NCBI GenBank assembly: GCA_010909165.1
Contig: MU008161.1
Location: forward strand, 1,736,001 to 1,800,000
Length of the DNA stretch: 64,000 nt
Reading direction: 5' to 3'
Origin: Anthoceros angustus
Taxonomy: Eukaryota; Plantae; Anthocerotophyta
A program made the position numbers and the translations under genes. Below, piece after piece: positions 36,445 through 48,295 of the stretch. Under the pieces are notes generated by a model that made no database searches, was not told the origin of the DNA, and saw only the letters and a list, made by a program, of their open reading frames with translations. Within the stretch, counting starts at the first letter, position 1. Each line of letters starts with the position of its first letter.

Positions 36445-37332
36445 GCTTCCTGTGTGTTCCTGAGGAGCGTTAGGGAAGGGGAGCTTGATCCTCTGATGGT
36501 GATGGTGCCCTTCTTCATCAAAGCGGCCATGTTGCTTATGCTGCTGGTGCTTGCTGCAGCCGGCTTGTTTGGGGGAGGAGTTGGGCTGTGCTGGCGCAGT
36601 TTGGGCGTTTTCCCAGGCCCAGGAGGGCCAGCTCCAGGCGCTGCCTCGGGGTCCCTTCCCGAGGATGTGGCCCAGGCTCTGCTGCACTTCGCAACGACGC
36701 CGCAGGTGCCGCAGCAATCGAGGGAGGAGATAGCGGAGGTGATGCGAGCCTTGCTGCGCAGACCGGCCTGCAATTTCCTGGTATTCGGAATGTGGCACGA
36801 CAGCCTTCTCTGGGCCACGCTGAACCACGGGGGGAGGACGGTTTTCCTGGACGAGAGCCAGGAGTGGATAGAGCGGATGCGGGAGCGCCACCCGCAGCTG
36901 GAAACCTACAAGGTGGACTACACCACGACGTTGGGGGATGCCGAGAAGCTCTTGGCCACAGCTCGGGAAAGACGAGGCGGGGAATGCCGGCCCCATCAGC
37001 CCATTCAGGCATCCTCCTGCCCCCTGGCATTGTCCACGCATCTGCCGCAGGAGCTGCTGTCGGTGCAGTGGGATCTCATCCTCATCGACGGCCCTCGGAG
37101 CTACAGGAACGCCAGCTTTCCTGGTCGGATGAGCCCCATCTTCACCTCCTCGGTCATGGCTCGCACCCGCACGGCTGCTGGCCATGTCGACATCTTCCTG
37201 CACGACGTATCCCGCCCTTCCGAGCACCAGTATGGCCAGGAGTTTCTCTGTATGAGCAACATGGTGAAACAGGTGGGCGACTTGTGGCACTTCCAAATCC
37301 ACTCCAGTACGTCACAGGAATTTTGTACCTGA
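36376..37332 (+). CDS. DUF579 family polysaccharide methyltransferase-like protein (GXM/IRX15/AGM family)
   Basis: N-terminal TM segment; PACNFLVFG..HDSLLWATLNHGGRTVFLDE, WDLILIDGP, PGRMSPIFT, DIFLHDV, EFLC. Confidence 0.88.
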
Positions 37333-37770
37333 GCGGTGCTCGGTGTGTTAAACTAGATTGCTTGTTACGGTATCCCAGTTTTGTTCCTTCCAGCTTTGAT
37401 GAGACTATTCAAAGGATTCTGAAATAGTGTCACCATTTTATTTGGCACATTGCCAGCCTCAGCCTTAGCCTAACACATGAGGGCCTTAGCCTTACACATG
37501 AGGGCCTTAGCCTCACACATAGGGGTGGCTCGTGGTCAAGCTCGTATCCTCACATGGCAAGTGGATGTAACAGAATATCCAGGTTCTTCGCATTTCAATC
37601 TTTCAAGCTTCATATTTTGAAGCCCAGAAACTTGTTGGAAGGTTGGTCGAGATTCTCGTGCGGCAGCTTTAGTGAACTCGAACTAGCACACAATGCCACA
37701 GGAGGCTGAAAACAGGAGCAAGGACTATGCTACGCATGAACGGGTTTGGTGGCACTACTGAAGACAGTGA

Positions 37771-38383
37771 TCAGTCTTTGGCAATGAACCAGAGGACTAG
37801 TGCAGAGGTAGGAACTACAACCACTACTGCCAAACGCAGAGCAGCCTCCACTTCTGTGGTTATGGCCCCGATCCTGGACCAGTCTCCACTGTATCTGCAA
37901 ATGCAACAAGTTGCCAACGTGGCATCAGTTGGAGCCAGAGCCGAGGAGAGGACATGAATGTGGGTGAGGACGTGCGTACCCTGCATCCACGAATCCAAGC
38001 GTGAGGAACACCACCACACCCACCCGGAACAGCTTGGAAGTGTAGAAGGGCTTTCCTTGTTCATCAGGCTGGACGGGCGAGGGCTGCTCCTCGTCACCCA
38101 CTGCTGCGGGAACCAAATCCTTCTTCCTCACCACTCTGAGTTTGCATCTGCGTCGGCGGGCAGTAAACAATGTCGCGCCTGGGAGAAGAGATGCTTGGCC
38201 GTTCCACTGCTGAGCAAACCGCCTGTCACTGTAACGACTGGTGGGCTTGAATCCACATTGCTGTGGCTGAGCTTTAGCCCACGTGGTACCGGTGAAGACG
38301 GCAAATGCCTTTCCTTCCACGTCTCGACTGCGCCAGTTGCAGCTGTAGCTGCAGCTGCAGCTGCAGCTGCAGGAAGCTTTCAT
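37771..38383 (-). CDS. Small, probably plastid-targeted two-TM protein with the conserved plant motif GFVDAGYSGDWSRIG; two exons
   Basis: Exon 38383-37980, 85-bp GT-AG intron, exon 37894-37771. Transit-peptide-like N-terminus and hydrophobic C-terminus. Confidence 0.75.
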
Positions 38384-38809
38384 GGCTGTTGCCTGCACTC
38401 CCGATTCTGTTAGCGCTCGCGCTATCACTGGCGCTTGTTCCCGATCAACGATCGACTTGCCTGGAAGAGCCAATCGCTGTCCACGTGGCAGGCCAACTTC
38501 ATCGTGTTCCCAAACCCTTATGCTTGCTGCAAGTGTTGTGCTCCTCAATGCACGCCCTCCCGCATTAGCTAATGATGTTCATTGCTTGGTGTAAGTTTAG
38601 AAACACGGAGACTTTATGTAGTACAATGACATGGGAAATCCCATCTACCCTGAAACCAAGGGAACAACCCTCAAGGAGCATAACGCCTATGGGGACTAGC
38701 CTCGCCATCGCCGAATCTTGAAACTACATTCTACTCCAAGAATGTTGTGGTCTAGATATGAAAAGGCCTACCTACCACTAGTCCTAAAGATGCTGCGTTC
38801 TCTTTGCTT

Positions 38810-39320
38810 GCTGCCATTCTATAATTTGCATTGGACAACGCCTTCTATAGAGCGATTGATACTTGTTGCATGAAGAAGGTAACCACACAAGAAAGGGGTA
38901 AACCAACCCCATTCTTGCGGCTGTAGTAAGCCTTGGCACAGGCCTTGATGAACCTGAAGGAATTCTTGCCCATGGCCTAGTGGTTCTCAATGGCAAGGGG
39001 ATGAATGCGTGTCCTTGCTACATGAGTGAGTACTTGTAAACCTTCGCTCTCACACATCCCTCCGCCCTCCAACCCAAAGGGTTGATGATAGCATGCTCGC
39101 AGACAATGTCCCGAGTAGGATCTGTTACAACCACATCCGCAACACAAACATGGACTCCGTGACCAAAAACAAATGCCCTGAGAGAAACGCCAGCGAGCAG
39201 AGTATATGGGCGCTCGCTATATTATGAGAACTCACTCTCCTTTGCCATCAAGAACATGGCGTTGGGGACGATATCATGCGTACCGATGCACTCCCCGCCA
39301 ACGGAGCAACGAGCCAAGTG
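38810..39320 (-). mobile_element. Degenerate 3' fragment of an RLE-type (CRE/NeSL-like) non-LTR retrotransposon
   Basis: HLARCSVGGECIGTHDIV...ADVVVTDPTRD...K.YKY...FIPLAIE...QVSIAL, with stops and frameshifts; related pieces at about 45770-45830 (-) and 45960-46170 (+). Confidence 0.5.
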
Positions 39321-39873
39321 AGTTCCAGGTCTAATTTCAAGGGTTCACATTAAAGATGATCACATAACAATTTTGACATACTTATACATCGCTAAATGCC
39401 CAACTCACTACATCATCTCAAGTAGTAAAGCAACTTTAGTACCAACACCACATGCACTGCACCATTGCTCATGCACACATATTGGCATCTTGCACAAACT
39501 CGCACCTTCTTTGTCTTGTTTTTTTGATGTCGTTATAAACATCTAAAAAGTCAAACAACAGGAGCACATAAATCTTATTCACCCACATTTCATCCTATTA
39601 ATTATTTTTTTGACCTTTTCTCTTCATCTAATCTCGGTATGACCATGGAAAGTCGGAAGAACTGATAACAATGTTCTTGCACTGTGTATTGTCTGGCGTA
39701 TATTTAAAAAATTATACATATATTCTTTCCTTTAATTCACTAGGAGGAATTTACTCTAGGGAGATATGCCAAATGCTGACCTATTGTTGAAACTATTGCC
39801 ATGCGGAGATCAACTTTCTTTTCCAGGGATTTAAGACGAGAATGATAGTCATTTTAAGGCTCAAAGCACTAGT

Positions 39874-40920
39874 CTAATGAAATATAAGAAAGTTGTAATG
39901 TTTTATCCCGTCATACCATAGATTTATTGTATCATTGTCCTCTACATTTTTCTCATTGTCACACATATCTGCTTTGTGTTTTGAGTTATCTTCCGCATCA
40001 AATAGCACATTAGGTTTGTATTCTGAAGCTTTCCAAATGCCATTAACACAATTCACATATACAGCAATGGGTCGCCTTAAGAAGAATGCAAGCATCTTTA
40101 GTTCTAACTCTCCACCCCATATTGTTGGTTGTCTCATCCTGTTTACATAGTTATCAAAATCCCCTTCTACAATCCACGAATATATCTCTCGATACTTCAA
40201 TAACTCTTCCATAGCACATTCTCGCAATAGATTTGCTAGCTTTAATTCTACATCTTCCTTCTGACCTTTATCGTCAACTTCAAATTCTATGGACTTGTCA
40301 ACCTCTTCAATATCACATTCTTGTAATAGATTTGTTAACTTCAATTTTACATCTTCCTCCTGATTATCACTTTTATTATCCATTTCTAATTCTATGGACT
40401 TGTCAAATTCTACCATATCACATTCGCGTAATAGATTTTCTAGCTGTAATACTACATCTTCCATACCACATTCTTTTGAAGTATTTGCGAACTTTAATTT
40501 TCCATTTTCCTTATGATGATCACTTGTATTGTCTATTTCTAATTTCATGGACTTGTCCTTCTCTAGATTTTCATATATTCTGCTTTTATATAATCTCTTT
40601 TCTTTTTTTGTTAGTCCAGCGACTACAGAGCGAAAGAGACAATTTCCATCTCCTTCAATCGTGATGATTTCATATTCACTTCCCTTGTATACGTGGGCAT
40701 GAATTGGTGGCAGGAAAGCACCTGTGGTGCCTTGACTACACGTGAAACACCCATAGACATATTTGACGTATATCACACATAGTATAGGAATTAAGGCAAG
40801 GAGTAGTAATTCCAAAAAAGATGAATACATGCTTAGAATATCAACAATTAAATTCATCTTCAAAATGAAATAGAGCCCGATATCTTCAGATAAAAGTCCC
40901 CAGGAAACCAGAATATTCAA
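39874..40920 (-). CDS. OTU-domain cysteine protease (deubiquitinase-like, OTU4-like core) with an acidic repeat insert
   Basis: IEGDGNCLFRSV (Cys box), WIVEGDFDNYVNRMRQPTIWGGELEL, YDGIKHY (His box). The true start is uncertain because the ORF track uses a non-ATG start. Confidence 0.75.
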   Translation of the reverse strand: MNILVSWGLLSEDIGLYFILKMNLIVDILSMYSSFLELLLLALIPILCVIYVKYVYGCFTCSQGTTGAFLPPIHAHVYKGSEYEIITIEGDGNCLFRSVVAGLTKKEKRLYKSRIYENLEKDKSMKLEIDNTSDHHKENGKLKFANTSKECGMEDVVLQLENLLRECDMVEFDKSIELEMDNKSDNQEEDVKLKLTNLLQECDIEEVDKSIEFEVDDKGQKEDVELKLANLLRECAMEELLKYREIYSWIVEGDFDNYVNRMRQPTIWGGELELKMLAFFLRRPIAVYVNCVNGIWKASEYKPNVLFDAEDNSKHKADMCDNEKNVEDNDTINLWYDGIKHYNFLIFH

Positions 40921-41766
40921 TACCTGTATGAGATGTGGCTCTTTTATATGTGTACTGTGATCGAATTTATTGCAAGCTGCAGGTCTTGTTTAAGAGAAAC
41001 CTGTGTGTCCTATTGGGGACAAATATAGTAATCCATGAACAAAATATTAGAGTTTGGGTGTGAGAGCTCTATTTACATTTGTCTAGACATATATATATAT
41101 ATATATCCTCTTAGAGGTTTCATTAGAGGGAAATCACTATGTCATATAGACGACAAATATAGGTGAACATGAACAAAATATTTGAGTTGGGGGTGTGAGA
41201 GTTCTTCCTTGTCGAGACCCCGGTTTTTATAATGATAATAGTGTGCCATTTGTTCATATCTTGACACATATATATAGGCTCTGTTTATGTCTATGACCTG
41301 TTTAGGATGCCTCTCTTACTAAACCTATTTATGATACCTCTACTTATGACAATTAAAGGAGGGACACATACTTTAAATAGTAATATCTAATTGAATTTAT
41401 TTTCACAAAGATGAATTTAATTAGATATTATTATTCAAGGTATATCAAGATATTACAAGATTCAAGGTATTACAAGATAGTTCAAACCCCTCAAATAAAG
41501 TCCTAAGAAAACACGAGGATCTAGATGAGTATGCCTCTCCCCTTATCAACAACATAAGGAATCACACACCACACCGCCTCCTACTCTGTTGAGGTATCTC
41601 TAGACGGTTGCCTGTATTCCCATCCGAATATGTCTACATGGAATCACTTAGCATTCACGGGGGTGAATCCAAGACCTTCTCTGACAACAATCTCTCCGGT
41701 TAAGCAAGGGAAACAAGGGCCAGCAGGGGCCCTAGATGCTCGCCAGGCTTTTGACAGCATTTTTCC

Positions 41767-41851
41767 TTGGCTGGTGAACTGAAGGATGCACGGCAGGTTA
41801 TCGACAGCATGAACATAAAATGTGATGACATGGACTGCCCTTGGCCTCTGC
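41767..41851 (+). pseudogene. Short PLS-class PPR-like relic
   Basis: LAGELKDARQVIDSMNIKCD.TWTAL resembles a PPR L2/S2-E boundary; there is no surrounding ORF. Confidence 0.3.
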
Positions 41852-42657
41852 TAAGAGGCTCTCGTTCCATATGGATTACTGGAGTAAGAGGCTCTAACTT
41901 GGGCTAACCGTGTCACTTGTGCTTGCCTTTGGAAATCCTGTGCAATCACGGGTGTCTTACAGACGGGCAAGCAGCAGCCCTTGAATTGTCGACGAATACC
42001 GGGCCACGTTCTGTAGCTGCAGTGTGAAGTGTCAAAGGGAAAAGTTTCGTCCCGACAAGGGATACATTACAAGGAACAAGGAATCGAGATTGTAGATTTG
42101 GTATAGCAACTGCATAACTCCGAGATAGTCAGTGTGGCTCTTACACCGAGTTCTAGACACTGGTTATCCTCCTTCTCTCCCTGTCTATATTCATCTTCAA
42201 CTCTTCCCTTGGCACTTTTACACTTGAACGTTCTCTATATATTCATTGTTAGATCACAGATCTGCAGACATGCTACTAGTCATCATTTCAGGTCTTCTTA
42301 TACATACTACTGTTGGGGCTAAGATCTAACCAGTGGTCATCGCATTCCCGCTGTGAGCTGAGTCTTGCTACTATTGTGTGGCTAAGACACTGCTATTGGC
42401 CGTCGGCACATGAAGTAGGCCTGTTATGCTCCTCGCCACCCCAGACGGCGGGGCGGTGGTACGATGCATAGTCGAAATAAATGCACATGGAAATAAACTC
42501 ATGTACAAGATAATGTCTAAGATTTACCCATAAAATAGCCAGTGTCCCGCTGTCCAGCACATCGAGATGTTTTCAATCAGTTCCTACAGCTAAAAGAATT
42601 GCTCAATGGTTATCGTGACTTCGAAGGGGACTCCTCTGTCATCAGAGTCTTGAGTCG

Positions 42658-44406
42658 TTAAAACTGGAATTGCATCTCTTTACTGTAACCCAGGGCATTC
42701 AGATGGTCTTGCATTGCTTTGTTCATTCCGGGTGGCCCGCATCGCAGTATCTGCAAGTGCATGAGGCCATCAGCACTTCTTACAAAAAAAGCCTTACAAA
42801 CCCAGTTTGCAGCAGAGGAGAACCTTGATGTCTGCTGCAGGTGGTGGGCAGTGTTTCTTGATCATGTCGCTAGAAATGAAGCCAACTCCACCGGTCCACT
42901 TTTCTGGTGCCTGCAGGCGCACTCTTCATTCAGATTGCAGCACACAAGGTTGAATAATGGAAAAACGGGTAGTTGGGAAAGGGGAGCAGACATTGTTCAG
43001 CACATAGTAAATTGTGAACTTGCTCGGATAGTTGTTGGCGAGACTATCAAGCTCCTCCTGGCAACATGTACATGCAAAATTAACAAAGCAGCAAACGAAT
43101 GGGCACAGCTATTCTGCAAAGGATGTGCTGATAGCCTCTGCAATTCCAGTGTACCTAGTGTTCAAGTTGAGAGCCCTTCTGGACGAAGTAAAGCAGAACT
43201 GGAGCCAAAAGACCACTTACCTTGAGCAAAATGTCATCGTATGTGACGTTGGCATAAAGAAGATGCACTTTTGTGTCGTCCTTTGGATTCTCCAAAATGG
43301 CCCTAGCCACCTAAGCGAGCAGCGTGCAGCAGCAGAGGAACATGCAACTTTTATTAGCCGGCCTCCACAATTTGACCGTTTTCCTGCAATACAGCACAAG
43401 AAAGCACCTGAAACATGGGTGTGATGCCAGTCCCTCCAGCGAGCATTCCAAAGGCTCTGTACTGATTTGGCTTGTAGGAGAACCGTCCCTATATTACAAC
43501 CACGCACAGTTTGTATAAGTAGTCACATGCGAAAAGAAGGGCAAAGCAAGTTATCAAGAGGAAGGTCCCTAGAAAGGAGTTGCTTACAGAAGGTCCTCTA
43601 GCATGGATTGCATCCCCCACTTTCAAAGTGCTGAGGTGATAGGACATCTTTCCTTCCGGATATATCTGGATGAATTCGGAGAGGCAAGTCACAGGGCAGT
43701 CAGAGTCAAGGAAGCGAGTAATAGAGGTCTCAGACTGATGCTTGGACGGCAAACTTAAGCGACAAGCATCCTTCCTACCTTCACAACGAGTTCGAAATAT
43801 CCCTTGTCGGAGTCCAAAGTTGTTGGAGTATAGGGCTTGACGACCTCAGCCCCCTCCTTGTCAAACCCGCTGATGACACCATCGGCACATGTCACGAATT
43901 GTGAAAGCATAAACGGAGTGAAACCTAACCAGCATCTCCAATCCCAAATCCACAACGACACCACCATCCCACGATGGCCGCAAAACTCTTCCTCAGAGGG
44001 GTCCAAGACCACTCACGTGATCCGAATATGCTGACCAACGGGCAGGCCCAAGACGGCCTGGCCAGAGGGCAAAGCACAGCGAAACTTCAACACGTTGTGA
44101 CTCAATTGTGTGCGTCGGACAATGGGGAAAGCTCTGTACTCCACTTCGTGCAGCACAGGCTTGGCTGCACCAGCAAGCAAGCAGAATCGTCTTCATCAAC
44201 GACCAAGTCCGCCATTACCATCCCCAAACGAACCAACGAGCTCGAACAGAATACAGGTCCCACAAAGGCATTCAAGGCCGAAGCTCACCCTTCTTCACCA
44301 AAAAGATGTACGCGGCACCGGCAACTACCGCCAGCACGGCCACGGCCACGCCGACCCCCACCTGGGTGGTGGTGTCATAGAGTAGAGGTCGAGAGGCTTC
44401 CACCAT
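42658..44406 (-). CDS. CBR1: NADH-cytochrome b5 reductase; nine exons
   Basis: Spliced translation [22 protein letters not shown] / [11 protein letters not shown] / YPEGKMS / [15 protein letters not shown] / VARAILENP / [17 protein letters not shown]; all introns GT-AG. Confidence 0.93.
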
Positions 44407-45198
44407 CTTCCCTCCTCAGCTCTTGACTTCTCCCAGACGATCTCAGAGCTCTCCCGCAGCCTCAGAGCCGCGCGAAGGGAATAGAATCCCCTTCTCTTCG
44501 TGTGTAACTCTGTAAACCTTAGAAAGGTCTTTTAGTATGCTCAGTCGTGAAAAATGAAAAGGCGTGAGCGCTCAACAACCCTCAGGCGGCTGGGTAGAGC
44601 GGCCGTCGCCTGCTGCGTGCTGATCGCCCCTACCCTCTCTTGCCTTCAGATTATGGACTTGTATGATCATGACCGGTCGCCCGGAATGAGTTAGTCTTGG
44701 GTTCCAGTCCGGTGGAGCTAAGCGCCTATTTCCCTGGCAGGGTTAGATAGGTCCAACATTGATGAGAATCCCATGCCCCGAAAACATAAGGGCGGATTCG
44801 CATGTGTCCGCCTCCGGTTCCGCTCCACAAAGTGTTGTTTGATGTCCCGAGGCATTTGCATGTCACACCGTAAACCGAGTCGGAAAGTTTCGCAGGAGGT
44901 CTTCCGATTCCCTCGCCGGGATTCAAAGCCCGATACTCCGAAACGCCTACGGAGAGCCTTTGGCCATTGCTTGGAGGCGCATTGCACTTTCATTCTATCC
45001 GTCAACAAATTGCACTCCCTCACTTCATGCTGATCTCCAACTTTAAATTGGAGACTGTCATGCATTCTGTACAATCTGACGGTACTGCTAGCACTTCTGC
45101 CGCGGGTACCTGGAATTTCTTAGCGGATGCTTACTGGGGTGCAGTATGGCGAGTACTACATCAACCCGAGAGTGGATGGGCTTTTCCCCCTTCACAAC

Positions 45199-45270
45199 GT
45201 TCGTCCACGGGGAGAGTGAGTCAGGGCTTGAGATCAGGCCGAAAGGCGTAGTCGATTGACAATGGTGAAT
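45199..45270 (+). pseudogene. Plastid 23S rRNA fragment (NUPT)
   Basis: GTTCGTCCACGG..GTGAGTCAGGGC.T.AGATCAGGCCGAAAGGCGTAGTCGAT.GACAA matches my recollection of the plastid 23S sequence, with a few changes. Confidence 0.7.
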
Positions 45271-47206
45271 TCGTCTAATTGAAACATATGAAGGAATGAA
45301 ATGCCGAACTTGTTGCATCACTAGCCATTCATGCCGAAGTTGATAATTGGGGGTCTTTGCAGAGTCCATTCTGTAAAATATCTGGGGTATCTCAAGAAGA
45401 AAATATGACTTTTTTTATCAGCAGGAGAAGATGAAAACTATGACATAGCACCGGGGAATTGTTTTGCCTTAAATTAAATAAATCAAGAGGAACAAGTAAC
45501 TCCACTCCAGCTCGACATCAACAAGAATTATCGCCATTGCTTGGAATCAAATAAACCCTTGAGGTATTTTTCCTTCAATATTTTTCTATTGGAAACATCC
45601 TCGATTTCTCTTGTTGAACATGATGATGCGAATTGTGTTTTAATGAGTTTTAATATGCAGTGTCAAGTTGTTCCGCTTTCCTACATGGAGGTGTGCTTGT
45701 TACCCTTGGCTGTCGCGCATCCCTCTACTCTTTGCTGTCGCGCATCCCTCTGCCGCTCAACCCAGACTGTTGATGATGACATGTTCGCGGACAGTGTCCC
45801 GAATAGGGTCTGTTACAACCACATCTGCTGGTTCTAAGATGAGATTATTGTGGACAGTTGGTTACACTCCCCGGTATAGCTAATTCTTGTTCCTTTTGTG
45901 GCTACAATTATACTTCGTGAATCTTGAGCTGTTTAGCTTTCCAAACCTGTCCCTACAATCGGTTCAATTCCTCTTAGTATCGAGACTCATGGGGCCATAG
46001 GCAAGGATTTTTTGAGGTTTTTCAAGGGCAATCCTAAGGCCTACCATACCCGTAGAAATGAAGTAGGTCTCCCCTATCTTATGTGGTGGCTTTCTTTCGG
46101 CAACATCTTTCCATCGCTCTAACCTGCAGAGGGCGGTGGCAAACGCAATTTTCAGGACGACTTTAAATGCGTGAGACGTAGCATCTTCAGGTCAGGTGGT
46201 AATTAGGCCCTTCCTTATTCCAGACTACGACATCTTGGGGGTGGTTGGTAGTTTCAGGGTCAACAATTGCGAGGGCTAGTCCCCGTTGGCCTGGACCCCT
46301 CTAGTGGGTTTTTCCCACTCCCTCGGTTTTTATGGGACTTCCCATCTCTGCATATCTATAAAGTCTCTGTTTTTTTTCGTTCCATATGATGAATTACTTA
46401 TCTTGATCGGAGAATTGTCAAATAAACCAAACCTCTTCTAAGATCTTTTGGAGAGAAGGTTAAAGTAACCTCATGAATGCAATATTGCACTTTCTTGGAA
46501 TTACATTATTATTAATGAAAGGTAAAATCTTAAAAAAGAGAATCATTCTAACTATGAGATAGATTCCTGTTGGTACCAAAGTAGCTGCCTAGATTAGAGT
46601 TGGAACGAGTGTGTCCTTCCATAACACCAAGCAATCATACGTGGAGTAAAAAATGTATAGATTTCGGTACTAGACCTAGAAATAGGAAGGAAGCACACAA
46701 GATAGCAAAGAAAAGACTAACTTCATTATTAACAATTAAATTCTTAAATCCATTAGACAAAAATTTAAATTATGGAGTAAAAATTGTGTAGATTTTGGTA
46801 CTAGAAATAGATAGCAAGAAAAAGACTAATTTCACTATTAACAAGTTAATTCTTAAATCCATTAGATAATTTATCAATAGATACGTAAATTCCTAACAAG
46901 AATCCAAAATCCTATGCAAACCAAAAACGCCACTAGCTTTTCCAACCAGGAGCCCAAGACTTCGGTTGCGCCAGACAAGAACTGCCGACTTTGTAGGTTT
47001 CGACGATTACAAGCATTGAGGGGAGTGAAGCGCAGGAGTTACTTAAGAGCGGGGAAGAGTCATTGGGTGCGGAAGATCAAGATTTTTGTGAGGAGGGGTG
47101 GCCATAGGAAGATGTAACTGCTTTCTAAATTGGCGAGGGTGGCAAAAGGGCACCAACAGGTATGGAGACGGTTGAGGGTTTCAACCAAGAAGCGGCTGCG
47201 AGCTGG

Positions 47207-48161
47207 TGTCACGAAGACGGTCAGGTAAGTGAGATAGTGAGCTAAGGGTTGGTGCTATATATGCACCATTTACGCTCATTAATTAACAATTGTTTAGTAG
47301 GCGTACTTTGGATATGATTAGCTATTTTTGCATTACTAGATATTAATTAGATCGTAAATGGTGAAGGAAATTAGCTATTTCGATAGAACATGAAAACCCG
47401 GTAGTGGCTCGTGGGCTCACGCACTGACTGCGCTAAGCGCCTAATGATGTTACGAGGTGAAGATGGTGTCGCACCAAGAGCATGGTGATGGCGAACACGA
47501 CAAGGACACGAAGGTTGGAGATGGCGGTAGCGGGCGATTGTTGAAGTCCGTCGGCGAATCTGAGGACAACCGGAATACCATGATTTGTATATGATCTTTG
47601 TGAATACAAGATTTCCTTTGTGTGCACGATGCTCGGCGGTGTCATGGTGTGTGTGTCTTGCGGTGATCGCGGATTACCAACCTGCAACCCGCTTAGGGTA
47701 GCCCTTTTAACTTTCGTGTGTGAAGAAAGCCACAGCACATGTGAGTGCAGTTGGCTCGTCTACTTCAACAACTGCCTTCGAGGAGCATGGAGCTCGTTAG
47801 CGTCTTGGCTGGAGCAGGAGAAGCTTGCACCCTTACGGCTCTGCAGGTGAGCTCCAGCAGTGATTCTTAGTCAACATTGAAATTGGCGGTCTCGAAACCG
47901 GTCGGCAGGTGATGTGGCTGGCGATCGACTTGTGACTTGGGTTACAGTCACAGGTGGATAGAAGAGGGCCGGTTACAGGCTTTGCACTTGGATCAGCGAA
48001 TTTTGCACTTGACTTGGATCGGCGTTGTTTTACATTCGGTGTGCTGGAGAGTGGTTCCTAAGGCTTGGGTGGTGTGCAAACCTTGTCTTGAGGAGGTCCG
48101 GCTGCTAGCATCTCAGCGATGGGTAATGCAACCCGTGAGCAAGAGGCAAGCCCACGTTACA
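47207..48161 (+). repeat. 5' LTR (right end inferred)
   Basis: Starts TGTCACG; the first 555 bp or so match 55766-56319. CGTTACA at 48155-48161 is a near-perfect terminal inverted repeat, so this right end is inference. Confidence 0.6.
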
Positions 48162-48295
48162 GTTGAGGACTAGGGACGTGCCATTGGGCACTTTGGAAGG
48201 GACTGGTTCTAGAAGGAGGGTGGGCGCCGTGAGCAAGATAGTGCCACCGTTGTAATGGGAACACGAGGAGGAGGACGGTCACGCTGCATCTCCAC

